A stretch of DNA of 64,000 bases from an uncultured bacterium (GCA_965541635.1 CBEUCN010000001.1:13526-77525), one strand, 5' to 3'; counted from the stretch's first letter, positions 10,962-21,358 are shown. Notes: generated from the sequence alone by a model not told the origin. A program made the numbers and translations.

Positions 10962-11934
10962 TCTTCCCTCCAGCGCCAGCAATTAAATACAAAACTGCCA
11001 TCCTTACTGCCAGGCCATTTGTAACCTGATTTAAAACCAAACTACATATACCTTTCTCCTCTAGCCCGGAATCTAAGATATCAGTGCTTAACTCTATCCC
11101 TCTATTCACCGGTCCAGGATGCAATATTAAAAGTCCTGGCCGGGCATATTTTAACAATTTTTTACGATCGATTCCAAAAAATTCTCTGTACTCTGCTATC
11201 GAAGGCAAAAGATTCTCATTTATCCTCTCTCTCTGAATACGGAGTACATTCAGGACATCAACCTCAGCCAGAACTTCTTTCAGGTCATAACATATTTTTA
11301 CTCCCAGATTCTGAAATTCCGACAATAGCATAGTAGAAGGTCCACACAGTATAACTTCTGCCCCCAGTTTTTTAAGCCCATATATATTTGACCTCGCTAC
11401 CCGAGAATGAACAATATCTCCCACAATTCCCACTTTAAGTCCTTCTATCCTACCCTTATTCTCCAGAATGGTAAACATATCCAGCAATGCCTGCGTGGGA
11501 TGCTCATGAATACCATCTCCTGCATTTATTACTCCTGCTGAGACACATCGGGAAAGATAATGAGGTGCTCCGGAAGCAGAATGTCTAATGACTATTATAT
11601 CCACACTCATGGCTTCGATATTTCTCGCAGTATCTTTAAGATTTTCACCTTTTTGCACACTGGATGTGGACACCGCAAAACTTACAGTATCAGCAGAAAG
11701 CCTTTTGGCTGCCAGTTCAAATGACATCTTCGTCCTGGTAGAAGGTTCAAAGAATAATAATACCACAGTCTTACCTCTCAAAGCCGGAACTTTCTTTATG
11801 GGACGGGTGGATATTTCTTTAAACGCCTGGGCAAGTTCCAAAATATATTCTATTTCCTCTTTCTCCAGTTCCTGAAGGCCCAAGAGATGTTTTCTACTCC
11901 ATTTTACCTGTTTATCCAGAAGACTTTCGGGCAT
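10945..11934 (-). CDS. pyrB: Aspartate carbamoyltransferase catalytic subunit
   Basis: [40 protein letters not shown]. Confidence 0.98.
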   Translation of the reverse strand: MPESLLDKQVKWSRKHLLGLQELEKEEIEYILELAQAFKEISTRPIKKVPALRGKTVVLLFFEPSTRTKMSFELAAKRLSADTVSFAVSTSSVQKGENLKDTARNIEAMSVDIIVIRHSASGAPHYLSRCVSAGVINAGDGIHEHPTQALLDMFTILENKGRIEGLKVGIVGDIVHSRVARSNIYGLKKLGAEVILCGPSTMLLSEFQNLGVKICYDLKEVLAEVDVLNVLRIQRERINENLLPSIAEYREFFGIDRKKLLKYARPGLLILHPGPVNRGIELSTDILDSGLEEKGICSLVLNQVTNGLAVRMAVLYLIAGAGGKIEDSN

Positions 11935-12475
11935 CTGTCATCTCCAGCAACACCACTTCATCTTCGCCATCTATTTCTTTCACCCTTACTTCCACAAATT
12001 CATCAAGAGAGGTGGGAATATTCTTCCCCACATAATCTGCTCGTATAGGTAATTCCCTATGTCCCCTATCTATAAGAACCGCCAATTGAATTGCCCTCGG
12101 CCTTCCAAAATCTATCAATTCATCTAAAGCACACCTTACAGTCCTGCCAGTAAACAGAACATCATCTACAAGTATGATATTTTTTTCGTTAAGATCAAAG
12201 TTAAGCTCCGTACCCTTTACCTGAGGTTGTTCTGCAATGAGTGTGAGATCATCACGATAAAGCGTTATATCTAAAACTCCAAATGGGAGTTCTATTCCTT
12301 CTATTTCCTTTATATTATTACGAATACGAGAAGCGAGATAAACGCCCCTGGTTCTAATGCCTACAATTGCCAGTTCATTTAAATTCTTATTCCTTTCTAT
12401 AATCTCATGACTCAGCCTTCGCAAAGTGCGATGCATCTGATTGGCATCCAAAAGCTTAGCCTTTTCCCTTACCAT
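11912..12475 (-). CDS. pyrR: Bifunctional pyr operon attenuation regulator / uracil phosphoribosyltransferase
   Basis: [42 protein letters not shown]. Confidence 0.98.
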   Translation of the reverse strand: MVREKAKLLDANQMHRTLRRLSHEIIERNKNLNELAIVGIRTRGVYLASRIRNNIKEIEGIELPFGVLDITLYRDDLTLIAEQPQVKGTELNFDLNEKNIILVDDVLFTGRTVRCALDELIDFGRPRAIQLAVLIDRGHRELPIRADYVGKNIPTSLDEFVEVRVKEIDGEDEVVLLEMTDARKSSG

Positions 12476-12476
12476 A

Positions 12477-12530
12477 TTAAAAAATAAGCCCGTTTTTATT
12501 CGGGCTTCTCCAGGCCTGTTTTAATTTCAC
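12477..12530 (-). CDS. Putative 17-aa pyr leader peptide ([17 protein letters not shown])
   Basis: GGAGGT (12541-12546) 10 nt upstream of a GTG. ORF crosses the terminator and its TAA is 1 nt before the pyrR ATG, which has no SD of its own. Confidence 0.6.
   Translation of the reverse strand: MKLKQAWRSPNKNGLIF
12479..12507 (-). terminator. Intrinsic terminator (attenuator) in the pyr leader
   Basis: AAGCCCG-AATAAAAA-CGGGCTT followed by ATTTTTT on the minus strand. Confidence 0.85.
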
Positions 12531-12544
12531 TTTAATTTCTACCT

Positions 12545-12576
12545 CCCTTGCCAGCCTCACCGGACTGGCTTAAAGG
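12545..12576 (-). promoter_or_regulatory. PyrR-binding RNA stem-loop
   Basis: CCUUUAA-GCCAGUCCGGUGAGGCUGGC-AAGGG contains CUUUAA and AGUCCnGnGAGGCU, the PyrR-binding consensus. Directly upstream of pyrR. Confidence 0.93.
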
Positions 12577-12584
12577 TTTTTGAA

Positions 12585-12613
12585 TTTATACCACGCCCTC
12601 CTCCTTATGTCAA
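12585..12613 (-). promoter_or_regulatory. Sigma70-type promoter of the pyr operon
   Basis: TTGACA-17 nt-TATAAA with extended TGn; predicted start ~12578, just before the PyrR loop. Confidence 0.88.
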
Positions 12614-12737
12614 ATAATTTTTCTTAAAAGAAGAACAGTAAAGGCACATGGTATACTTTTAATATGGAGTAGTAAAATTATCTTGCTTTAGTAAAGTAAT
12701 GAAAAAATAAAAGCCTTTGATAAAAATAAACACTGAC

Positions 12738-13580
12738 TTAATAGGTCTTGCTTTTCTTGTATTTTTGCAAAATGAAGTTTTCTTTATCCCGATACATTCT
12801 ATTTCTATTCTCCAGTTCCTCCCAATTCACTTCCTCTCCCGGGAATTCGGGACCCTCTATACAGGTAAATTTTGTCTCTCCCTTTACAGTTACTCTGCAG
12901 CAACCACACATTCCGGTCCCATCCACCATAAGAGCATTTAAGGAAACTATAATTTTGACTCCAAATATCTTACACAATTCCGTAACTTTTCTCATCATAG
13001 GAATAGGACCCACAGCATATACCAGATTATAACAATTTTTTCCAGCAAGTAATTCCTGAAGGATATCAGTAACCAATCCCTTTCTCCCATAAGAACCATC
13101 ATCAGTAACCACATACAGTTCATCTGATATCTCTCTTAACTCTTCCTCCAGAATTAAGAGTTCTTTAGTTCTTGTTCCTAAAATTGTTGTAATATGGTTA
13201 TTCACTGTTTTAAAACTGTTTGCCACTGGATATATTTCAGCAATTCCCACTCCTCCTCCTATCATAATCACATTGCCATAATATTTAATTTCAGTAGGAT
13301 TACCCAGAGGCCCTGCTACAGCAAACAGACTCTCCCCCACGTCTTTCTTTCCTAAAAGACGTGTGGTCAATCCTATTTCCTGAAAAATAACAGTTATGGT
13401 TCCTTTCTCAATTGATTTATCTACAACAGTCAAAGGAATTCTTTCTCCCTTTTCCTCCGCCATAATAATCACAAACTGTCCTGGTAAGACAGTGCGAGCT
13501 ATATCAGGAGCAAAAATTTCCATGCGAGTTATCTCTCTATCCTTAACAGTCACCAGCTTTTGCTTATTTAATATTTTCAT
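12738..13580 (-). CDS. NfnA/SudB-type ferredoxin:NAD(P)+ oxidoreductase small subunit
   Basis: PGQFVI..GERIPLT, GGGVGIA, MVDGTGMCGCCRV..CIEGPEF (Asp/Cys3 [2Fe-2S]). Confidence 0.9.
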   Translation of the reverse strand: MKILNKQKLVTVKDREITRMEIFAPDIARTVLPGQFVIIMAEEKGERIPLTVVDKSIEKGTITVIFQEIGLTTRLLGKKDVGESLFAVAGPLGNPTEIKYYGNVIMIGGGVGIAEIYPVANSFKTVNNHITTILGTRTKELLILEEELREISDELYVVTDDGSYGRKGLVTDILQELLAGKNCYNLVYAVGPIPMMRKVTELCKIFGVKIIVSLNALMVDGTGMCGCCRVTVKGETKFTCIEGPEFPGEEVNWEELENRNRMYRDKENFILQKYKKSKTY

Positions 13581-13631
13581 AAGTTGAAATTATAAATTAA
13601 AACCTTAGTCTCTACTAGTTTTTAAAATTTC

Positions 13632-16466
13632 TCATTTGCACAGATAAAAATAGGAGCAGTTCCTACATATGCGAGGGTCAGAATCATCAGGAACGAAAGG
13701 GACAGCAGGATTTAAAATTTCTGAAATTATAAACTCCAGAGCCTTCAGACATATGTTTATAACATCTTGCTCACTTCCCATGTCTTCTTTTTTAAACAAT
13801 TGAGTAAATTCGATATTTCTTAAACTGTAAAGAGCAGCATTTATCCTGCAGTCAGGGAATCTCTTTTTGACAAAATAATAATATAACGGCAATTGAAATG
13901 AATGTATCCTTTTCTTTATCTGTTCTCGAGTCATCTCCATTTCCTGAAGTTTACTCAACCTCTGAGGGGCAGATATAGAACCACCGGTTTTGTAATCTAT
14001 AATTAAAAGACTACCATCCTGAAGTTCTTCCAGTCTGTCTATCTTGCATATGAAATCAAAACTGCCTATTTCAAATTTTATCTTTCCTCCTATACTATCA
14101 TCTTCCAGGGAAATTATTCTTTTAATATCTTCACTTCTTCTGTGCTCGTTGTCCAAAAATCGTTGCAGGCGATGTTCCATTATATACTTTACCAGAAATG
14201 CTTCTGCCCCCATTCTCCGCTGATATTCGTGTTCAAAACGAGATTCAAACTCTTTAAAAAACTTCTCTTTAAATTTCTTGGTAATCTTTGGCCTTGTACC
14301 TATAAACTCTGCAAAACTGTCTTCCAAGAGTTTATGTAAAAACTTCCCGATATCAACAGCCTGAGGCTCTTCCAGAAGGTTCTCATTTTCTTTCACCTTT
14401 AATAGATACTGGTAATAGAACTGTAAAGGACAATTAAGATATATATCCAGACTGCTGGGAGAAAAAGTAAATTTACGTAGTCCCTGAATAATAAATTCTG
14501 ATTTTTCAATTTCAGCCTTCTTTTCTCGAACTTCAACCTGGTATCCGGCTCGCAGTTGAGTAACTACATTTAATTTTTTCTGTAGTCTTTCCTCCTCCCA
14601 TATTATTTCCTCAATAAATCTACTCCTTTCTTTATCAGGACGATCATCGTATATCAGATATACGGAACAGGCAGATTTAATTAGCCGACGGAAGTGATAG
14701 CGTTGAATCTCTTCCTCAACTTCCAGCCGATTCAATCCCAATTCCAACATAATCTGGCGGGGTATCAATGGTTCATACACTCTTAATTTAGGTAGAACTG
14801 TCTCATTGACATCTATTATTATTACATTTTTGAAACTCAATGCCCGGGTTTCATAAAGCCCAAGTATCTGCAATCCTTTGAGAGGAGAACCGAGAAAAGA
14901 AATCATCTCATTTTCCAGTTTATCTATAAAAATTTTAAATAACTCATCCTGAGGAAAAATTTCTTTTTTAAAATCCATTGTTTCCAGTTCATTTTTTATC
15001 TCATAAATTTTTTCTATTACCCGCGTATCGAGAGGAGATTTATAAATCAAACTTCTCTCCAAAAGAATCCTTAAAAACTCATCCAGAACCAATGCCAGTT
15101 GTTCAAAATTGGTCAACCCTTCCCAGATTCTAAATACTACCCGGTGTAATTCCTTAAGAACTTCTTCTAGTCTTTCGGGTTCAATTGTAATACCAATACG
15201 ATTTAATGTTGTTTGAACCCTGGGGTATAATGGTCTAAATTTTTCTATTTCATCCAGAGAAATAAATATACTTCCTGAGAAATCTGCTTCTTCTATTCCT
15301 AAAAGGGATTCTTCAATTTTATGAACTAAAACTCTGGCAACTGCCGGCTCATCATGAATCTTAAGATTTTTAATTAAGGGGTGGGTTATGACTTTAAGAT
15401 AATCACGGGCATAGTATTTTTCTCCATTCTTAGTCATTTGTGTTTTGAATATCGTCTCTATTAGTCTGGAAATGGTGCTTCTATTTACCGGATAGCCCAG
15501 AGAAACATTAAAATCTGTAAGAATCGGAGAAAGTTCCGAAAGCAAAGGCAATAAAGATTGTGCCTGAGGGAGAACTATTACTGTTTCATTGAAATTAAGT
15601 TTGTCTCTCTTTATAACTTCTCTAACCAGACCTGCTTGGGAATGAATATCAAATCCTCGCAGAATAGAGATCCGGGGCTTATTTTTTGGTTTGGGACTGG
15701 AAGGAATTGAAAAAGATAACTCCTTCCCCAGTTTTTCCAAAACAGGCCAGAGTTCTTCATCTTTTTGAAACATCAATACTGCCTTTTCTCTTTGCACGAG
15801 AGTTTTAAAAATATCAAGTTCAGTTTTATGAAGGTAATAAAATCCACAAAAGATGATGTTATCAAATTCTGAAAATTCCAATTCTGAAATCAATTGTGAT
15901 GCTTTAAGATGAACATATCCCGAGGAGAAAGATCTTTTATCTTCCATACGGTGATGAAATTCTTTTCGCAATGTTACAATAGATTCTAAAAGAACGTTGA
16001 TATCCTCAGGCACTTCATATCCAATTTCAGCACTCGCTTCTATCGTGGTTAGTGTACCATCATCCACTCTCTCTTTATCCAGTTCCTGAATGAACGACAA
16101 AATCTCTCTTGCCCAAGGTAAAAACTGATAGAATTTATCCCTTGTGATTAAGATATGAGGAATTTTCTCCTTACTTATTTGGTATAGCCAGTAGCAGAGT
16201 TCAAGGTCCGTGGCTATACTAAAAGATTCTTTCTTTGATACCAGATAATTAACGAATTCTTCTATAGAAAAACATTGGGGAGGATAAAAACTGGTTTTTA
16301 TCTTTTCAGCCAGTTTTTTCTTCAAGAAAAGAGCAGGTCTTTTGCCTCCAAAAACTACCGCCACCCTGCTGAAGTCATTAGAAGATTTTTCATACTTTTG
16401 CAATATATAATCTGCTAATGCCTGAATCATATCGTGATCAAAATTATAGACAATTACTCTATCCAT
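13632..16466 (-). CDS. AddB-like inactive helicase / PD-(D/E)XK nuclease subunit
   Basis: FSPSSLDIYLNCP, KIDRL..IIDYKTG, C-terminal CRNCSYFYLC; overlaps the AddA-like gene. Confidence 0.85.
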   Translation of the reverse strand: MDRVIVYNFDHDMIQALADYILQKYEKSSNDFSRVAVVFGGKRPALFLKKKLAEKIKTSFYPPQCFSIEEFVNYLVSKKESFSIATDLELCYWLYQISKEKIPHILITRDKFYQFLPWAREILSFIQELDKERVDDGTLTTIEASAEIGYEVPEDINVLLESIVTLRKEFHHRMEDKRSFSSGYVHLKASQLISELEFSEFDNIIFCGFYYLHKTELDIFKTLVQREKAVLMFQKDEELWPVLEKLGKELSFSIPSSPKPKNKPRISILRGFDIHSQAGLVREVIKRDKLNFNETVIVLPQAQSLLPLLSELSPILTDFNVSLGYPVNRSTISRLIETIFKTQMTKNGEKYYARDYLKVITHPLIKNLKIHDEPAVARVLVHKIEESLLGIEEADFSGSIFISLDEIEKFRPLYPRVQTTLNRIGITIEPERLEEVLKELHRVVFRIWEGLTNFEQLALVLDEFLRILLERSLIYKSPLDTRVIEKIYEIKNELETMDFKKEIFPQDELFKIFIDKLENEMISFLGSPLKGLQILGLYETRALSFKNVIIIDVNETVLPKLRVYEPLIPRQIMLELGLNRLEVEEEIQRYHFRRLIKSACSVYLIYDDRPDKERSRFIEEIIWEEERLQKKLNVVTQLRAGYQVEVREKKAEIEKSEFIIQGLRKFTFSPSSLDIYLNCPLQFYYQYLLKVKENENLLEEPQAVDIGKFLHKLLEDSFAEFIGTRPKITKKFKEKFFKEFESRFEHEYQRRMGAEAFLVKYIMEHRLQRFLDNEHRRSEDIKRIISLEDDSIGGKIKFEIGSFDFICKIDRLEELQDGSLLIIDYKTGGSISAPQRLSKLQEMEMTREQIKKRIHSFQLPLYYYFVKKRFPDCRINAALYSLRNIEFTQLFKKEDMGSEQDVINICLKALEFIISEILNPAVPFVPDDSDPRICRNCSYFYLCK

Positions 16467-19400
16467 CTATTTCTTCTACAATTTTAGTATCAAGATATAA
16501 AATATATCCCCTAACTTTGTAACCAGGATAAATTCCTTTTATAATATCCATATACTCCTTAACCTGATCTCTGTATTCTGGAAGTGGTATACCAGTTTTA
16601 TACTCCACCACCCAGACTTCATTATCTTTTATAATTAATCTATCTATCCTTTTAGTTAATCCCTGACTATCCACTATCTCCTTTTCCTGATAAACTCTAC
16701 CACCATCCAAATAAAAAAATCTTCTAAACGCATTATCATCAACAATTCTGTCTATTAATTGCTTATATTCATTTAGTTGAGAAATATGCCGATACTGAAA
16801 TTTAAGTTGATTACAGGCAATTTCTAAAACTTGAGATTTCTCCTGAACCGAAAGATCAGAAATAAATGAAAGGATAAAATGTAAAATATTACCACGTTCG
16901 ATTTCTTGCCGAGATTTCAAGATATCTCTGGGAACAGATTCATCTTCCAAAAATTCAAACCAGTTCTTGTACTCACAGGGAGATATAAATATAACTTCAT
17001 CTGCTTTTTTCTTCTTACGAGAATAAATCCTTTTATTTCCTCTTTCCCAGTATTCCGGAGGAATGAGGTCAACCGCTATATTTTTCTTTCTTTTCCCACA
17101 GGGCAAAAATGCATAAAGTTCATACTGTGCTCGGGTAAATGCTACATATATAATATTGAGTTCATCAATGATACTCTGTTTATATTCCTCTTTATATATC
17201 TCTCTTATTTCAGGAGATAGAACAACATATTTCTTATCCAAGCGCAAGAGTCTGAGTTTGTCTTCGGATGGAGATACTACATAAGAAAAACTTCTTATAT
17301 CATTGCTTCTACCTGGTTTTATATCTAAATCTAAAAATGGAATTATAACCACAGGAAACTCCAATCCTTTTGCTTTGTGAATGGTAGTAACCCGGATAGC
17401 ATCGGATTCCGAAAATTTAAGATAAAAGACCTCCTCTTCTGTGGTCTCATAGAATTCCAGAAATTCCTCCAGGCTGGAATATTCTTCCTCTTTCTCCTTT
17501 AACAATTCCAGAAGATGCATCACAAATCCCTGATAATAAGGAAAGTTTTGCAATATTTTAAATTTATCAATGATACTTAATACCAGTTCATAAGTATCCA
17601 GAAATCCCACTGATTTAAAAAATTCTTCCAGATATTTACTCCATACTTCAGGATATTTAATACGGAAAGTACGATAAACATATTCACTACTTTTTTCTTC
17701 CAAGCCAGAACCGAATTCCAGTAAAAATTTTTCCAATTGTTTCCTATCCATTCCCGTGGCCTTTAAAAATATCCTTCCAGTTATGAATGTAACAAATGAA
17801 AGATTATCTATGGGAGATTTGAGGAATTTAAGGAAGGAGATTAATTCTTTAATGACAGGATTATTTTTTATATTTAAAGTTTTTTCTGACTGTACTGAAA
17901 ACCCGTCTTCCAGAAGCCAGTTACTTACATTCTCTACTTCATCATTTGACCGGCAAAGAATAGCAATATCGCTAAGAGTAAATTCTCTGGTGGTAGTATC
18001 GGAAATTATTTCAATAAGATGAGACCTTATTTTCTGTTCTCGTTCCTCTTTATCCTCTCCCTCAATTTTTATAATTTTTACATATCCATATTTATTTTCA
18101 GGCTTATATTCCTGACAGGCAGTACTGAAAACATCCAAAATTTCCTGATAATCATAATATGAAAAATTACCAGAAAGACTATTATCTCCAAATTTCTGAA
18201 CTAAAAATCGTTCTAAATTTTCTCGAGAGAATATAGTGTTGTTGAATTTTACTATTTCCTGCTGACTGCGATAATTTACTGTAAGTTGTTCTTCCTTGAC
18301 ATTAAAATCTTTTAAAATTTTCTTAAGGTGATCAAATAATTTCACCTCTCCACCCCGCCAGCGATATATTGCCTGTTTCTTATCTCCAACATAAAATAAA
18401 GTGCCTCCAGAAGAAAGGGCTTCTTCAATCATTAAAAATAGATTTTCCCATTGCAAACCACTGGTATCCTGAAACTCATCTATCAAAAAATGTCGGAAGC
18501 GAGTGGCAAGACGATAGTAAATCTCCGGCACCGAGAATTCTTTTCCAAATAGAGTATTTGCTTTGCGGTTTAACTCCTGTAAAAACATCAATTCCTCTTT
18601 TTGAGCCCGGGCTTCAAATATTTGATATACAAGTTGAAATATATCAATGTAGCAATTAAAAACTGCCTGAGCCTCGGCTGCTGCCATCTTGCTTATTTTA
18701 TTTCTCAATTCCTGCCAGTCCTTTTCCAACTGGGGTGAAACCATAACTGCTCTTTTTACAGGAGGATATTCATAAACAAATGTTTTCTTCCTAGAATTTT
18801 TACCAGTCATGGTGGCAAAATCAAAAACCTCTTCTTCCTGTTCACAGAAATTAGCCAGAGAGTTAGTGAATGTCCCGTTTAATAGTGAGGCATATTTATT
18901 GTAAAATTGAGTAACTAATTTTTTTATCTCTCTTTTGCCCTCCAGAATATAATGAGCATCATATTCAAATTTTCTGAACCCCTTACTGTAGATGTTTATT
19001 TGATAAAACAGTGAATTTAAAAGATTTAAAATATCTCTCTTGGGGAACCAGTTTTCTTTATTCTCTATGTAAACATACTGCCGGAGAAAATCGTAAAAAA
19101 TCTCTCTTATCTTCTGATCTTTGTCTGCCCTATCAATACATTCATCCAGACTGTAAATAAGCAATTGCCTAAAACTTTCCTGAAGTTTAAAATTTGCGGG
19201 CAGTCCTAATCGAAAAGCACATCCTGAAAGAAGAAGATATACAAAACTATCTATGGTCTGAATCTGAAAGAAATTATAATTATGAATTATATAATCAACT
19301 ATCTGGAGAGCAAACCTGCGGGCTTGGATTGTATCCAGTTCAATTTTAGATAAAATCTGTTCCCGTTCATTTTCATTCTGAAACGAATCTAAGGCTATTT

Positions 19401-19614
19401 TCTTTAAAAATTCCAGAATTCGTTCCTTCATTTCTCGGGCTGCCATGTTGGTAAAAGTTATAGCCAAAATAGTTTTTATTACCTCAGGGTGAGAGTCCTT
19501 CTGGAATAATAATTGAACATAACGATGAGCAAGTGCATAGGTCTTACCAGAACCAGCAGAGGCATCTACTATTCTAACCTCAGGAGATGAAATTAGAGAT
19601 TTAGTTTCGGTCAT
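16459..19614 (-). CDS. AddA-like UvrD helicase-nuclease
   Basis: ASAGSGKT, AITFTN.AA.EM.ERI, IDEFQDTS, VGDKKQAIYRWRGG, TIHKAKGLEF, C-terminal RIDRL..EYKTG. Confidence 0.9.
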   Translation of the reverse strand: MTETKSLISSPEVRIVDASAGSGKTYALAHRYVQLLFQKDSHPEVIKTILAITFTNMAAREMKERILEFLKKIALDSFQNENEREQILSKIELDTIQARRFALQIVDYIIHNYNFFQIQTIDSFVYLLLSGCAFRLGLPANFKLQESFRQLLIYSLDECIDRADKDQKIREIFYDFLRQYVYIENKENWFPKRDILNLLNSLFYQINIYSKGFRKFEYDAHYILEGKREIKKLVTQFYNKYASLLNGTFTNSLANFCEQEEEVFDFATMTGKNSRKKTFVYEYPPVKRAVMVSPQLEKDWQELRNKISKMAAAEAQAVFNCYIDIFQLVYQIFEARAQKEELMFLQELNRKANTLFGKEFSVPEIYYRLATRFRHFLIDEFQDTSGLQWENLFLMIEEALSSGGTLFYVGDKKQAIYRWRGGEVKLFDHLKKILKDFNVKEEQLTVNYRSQQEIVKFNNTIFSRENLERFLVQKFGDNSLSGNFSYYDYQEILDVFSTACQEYKPENKYGYVKIIKIEGEDKEEREQKIRSHLIEIISDTTTREFTLSDIAILCRSNDEVENVSNWLLEDGFSVQSEKTLNIKNNPVIKELISFLKFLKSPIDNLSFVTFITGRIFLKATGMDRKQLEKFLLEFGSGLEEKSSEYVYRTFRIKYPEVWSKYLEEFFKSVGFLDTYELVLSIIDKFKILQNFPYYQGFVMHLLELLKEKEEEYSSLEEFLEFYETTEEEVFYLKFSESDAIRVTTIHKAKGLEFPVVIIPFLDLDIKPGRSNDIRSFSYVVSPSEDKLRLLRLDKKYVVLSPEIREIYKEEYKQSIIDELNIIYVAFTRAQYELYAFLPCGKRKKNIAVDLIPPEYWERGNKRIYSRKKKKADEVIFISPCEYKNWFEFLEDESVPRDILKSRQEIERGNILHFILSFISDLSVQEKSQVLEIACNQLKFQYRHISQLNEYKQLIDRIVDDNAFRRFFYLDGGRVYQEKEIVDSQGLTKRIDRLIIKDNEVWVVEYKTGIPLPEYRDQVKEYMDIIKGIYPGYKVRGYILYLDTKIVEEIDG

Positions 19615-19628
19615 CTTTAAAAGGAACC

Positions 19629-19692
19629 CACTAACAAACTAACCAACTAGTCAACTACCCAACTAACAAACCAACCAACTAGCAAACTAACC
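19629..19692. repeat. Degenerate tandem repeat, 8 x 8 bp (consensus AACTAACC; GGTTAGTT on the transcribed strand)
   Basis: cactaaca aactaacc aactagtc aactaccc aactaaca aaccaacc aactagca aactaacc. Confidence 0.9.
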
Positions 19693-19977
19693 AATTATCT
19701 CAATAACTTCGGTAATTGGCTGTCCTTTATAAATTCCAAGTCTGTGTGCATTCTTACTACAGGACTCCACATTTCCTTTCAATGCCTGAGATATTGTATT
19801 AACTCCACTAATCCTTACCGCCACCTCCCCCAATTTTTCAGCAGTATCCATATCCAGATATCCACACATTATATATCCTTTGCTTCCCTTTATTACAATT
19901 AAATTTCTGGAGAAAAGTTTAAGTTGAAATGCTTCCACTTGCTTTTTGCCAATCTTCAATTTACGATAAACAAACAT
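19687..19977 (-). CDS. YunC/DUF1805 family protein
   Basis: KGYIMCGYLD, AVRISGVNTI, A..LGI..G pattern; 96 aa. Confidence 0.85.
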   Translation of the reverse strand: MFVYRKLKIGKKQVEAFQLKLFSRNLIVIKGSKGYIMCGYLDMDTAEKLGEVAVRISGVNTISQALKGNVESCSKNAHRLGIYKGQPITEVIEIIG

Positions 19978-20044
19978 TTTTAAAGTTATTTTACTTTAAA
20001 ACTTAAGGATTATAAACAAAAATACCAGTTTTCTATAAATAGAA

Positions 20045-21355
20045 TTAATGTCCGAAAATTATTGCCTTTTGAGTAATAAAACTACCAGCAATACAGGCAG
20101 TTAACAGACAGGCTAAAGTTGCTGCCAACAGTGCCCGCCATGAAACCTTTACTATATCAGCGGTTCTTTCCGGTACAAGTGCAGAAATTCCACCCACAAA
20201 TATAGCCATGGAAGCAATATGTGCAAATCCACATAAAGCATAGGCAATTATAACGGCTGAACGGGGGCTAGTAAATAATCCCTGAGTTATCGCTTCATTT
20301 AGATGCTGATAGGAAACAACTTCAGTAAGCACAAGTCTTTCTCCAATGATCTTACCTGCCAGAGCACAATCCTTAACTGGAATGCCAATTATTAAACTTA
20401 AAGGAAAAAATAAATATCCCAAGATATTACTCAGTGTCCAGTTAAAACGCCAATTAAATAGCATATTGAGTTTTTCTCCTATAAATCCCAAGAATAAATC
20501 TACCAGAGAAACCAGTCCCAAAATAGCAATCAAAAGAGCCACTATTCCCACGATAACTTTCACTCCTGCATTGGCTCCATTTATTATCGCTACAAAAAGA
20601 GAATTTTCTTTCTCATAGAATGGCTTTATATCCTTGCCCAAAGTTTTAGGGACTTCTGTTTCTGGTAATAAAAGTTTGGAAATTACTATAGCAGCAGGCG
20701 CAGATAAAACCGAAGCCGAAATTAAATGCCCCGCTATACTTGGGAACTGCTGCTTAAGCGTAAAAACATAAAGAGCAAGAACATTAGAAGCCACTGTAGC
20801 CATACCAGCAGTTAAAACCGTACACAGTTCAGAAACAGTCATATTTCTGAGATAGGGTCTGATTGTAAATGCCGATTCAATCCCCACAAAAATATTACTG
20901 GCAGAAGCCAAAGATTCTGCCCCAGATATCCTCATCAAACGTGAAAATAATCTGCTAAAAAATTTAATAATAACAGGCAGAATATTGAAGTAATAAAGAA
21001 TGGACATCAAACTGGAAAAGAAGATAATGGTAGGAAATGCCTGAAAGGCAAGAATAAATCCTAAAGAAGTCTCACCCTGAGGCCCCTTTTCGCCAGGGGC
21101 AAGAGCAAGTCTTCCAAATACAAATTTGGCACCAGCAGTTGCTGAATCTAAAATTTTAACCACAAAATTATTCATCGCCACAAACAACTTAGTCCCAGCA
21201 GGGATAATAAACAGGAAAACAGCAAATCCCAACTGGAGAAATATCCCCCACAATACCAGCTTCCAATTTACTGCCTTTCTATTTGCAGAAAGAAACCAAG
21301 AAATGATTATTAAAACCAAAATTCCAGAGAGACTTACTAGATTATAAATACTCAT
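20045..21355 (-). CDS. nupC: CNT/NupC family nucleoside transporter
   Basis: AFQAFPTIIFFSSL, SGAESL..ASNIFVG, HLISASVLSAPAA, YALCGFAH. Confidence 0.9.
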   Translation of the reverse strand: MSIYNLVSLSGILVLIIISWFLSANRKAVNWKLVLWGIFLQLGFAVFLFIIPAGTKLFVAMNNFVVKILDSATAGAKFVFGRLALAPGEKGPQGETSLGFILAFQAFPTIIFFSSLMSILYYFNILPVIIKFFSRLFSRLMRISGAESLASASNIFVGIESAFTIRPYLRNMTVSELCTVLTAGMATVASNVLALYVFTLKQQFPSIAGHLISASVLSAPAAIVISKLLLPETEVPKTLGKDIKPFYEKENSLFVAIINGANAGVKVIVGIVALLIAILGLVSLVDLFLGFIGEKLNMLFNWRFNWTLSNILGYLFFPLSLIIGIPVKDCALAGKIIGERLVLTEVVSYQHLNEAITQGLFTSPRSAVIIAYALCGFAHIASMAIFVGGISALVPERTADIVKVSWRALLAATLACLLTACIAGSFITQKAIIFGH

Positions 21356-21358
21356 ACC

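Noticed and set aside
12614-12737. AT-rich gap between the nfnA-like gene and the pyr promoter
   Set aside because: No credible ORF, hairpin or nfnB remnant found.
19629-19692. Repeat array as a CRISPR, with the AddB-like nuclease as Cas4
   Set aside because: Units are 8 bp with no spacers. The Fe-S PD-(D/E)XK domain is the end of a 944-aa protein paired with an AddA-like helicase; no cas genes.
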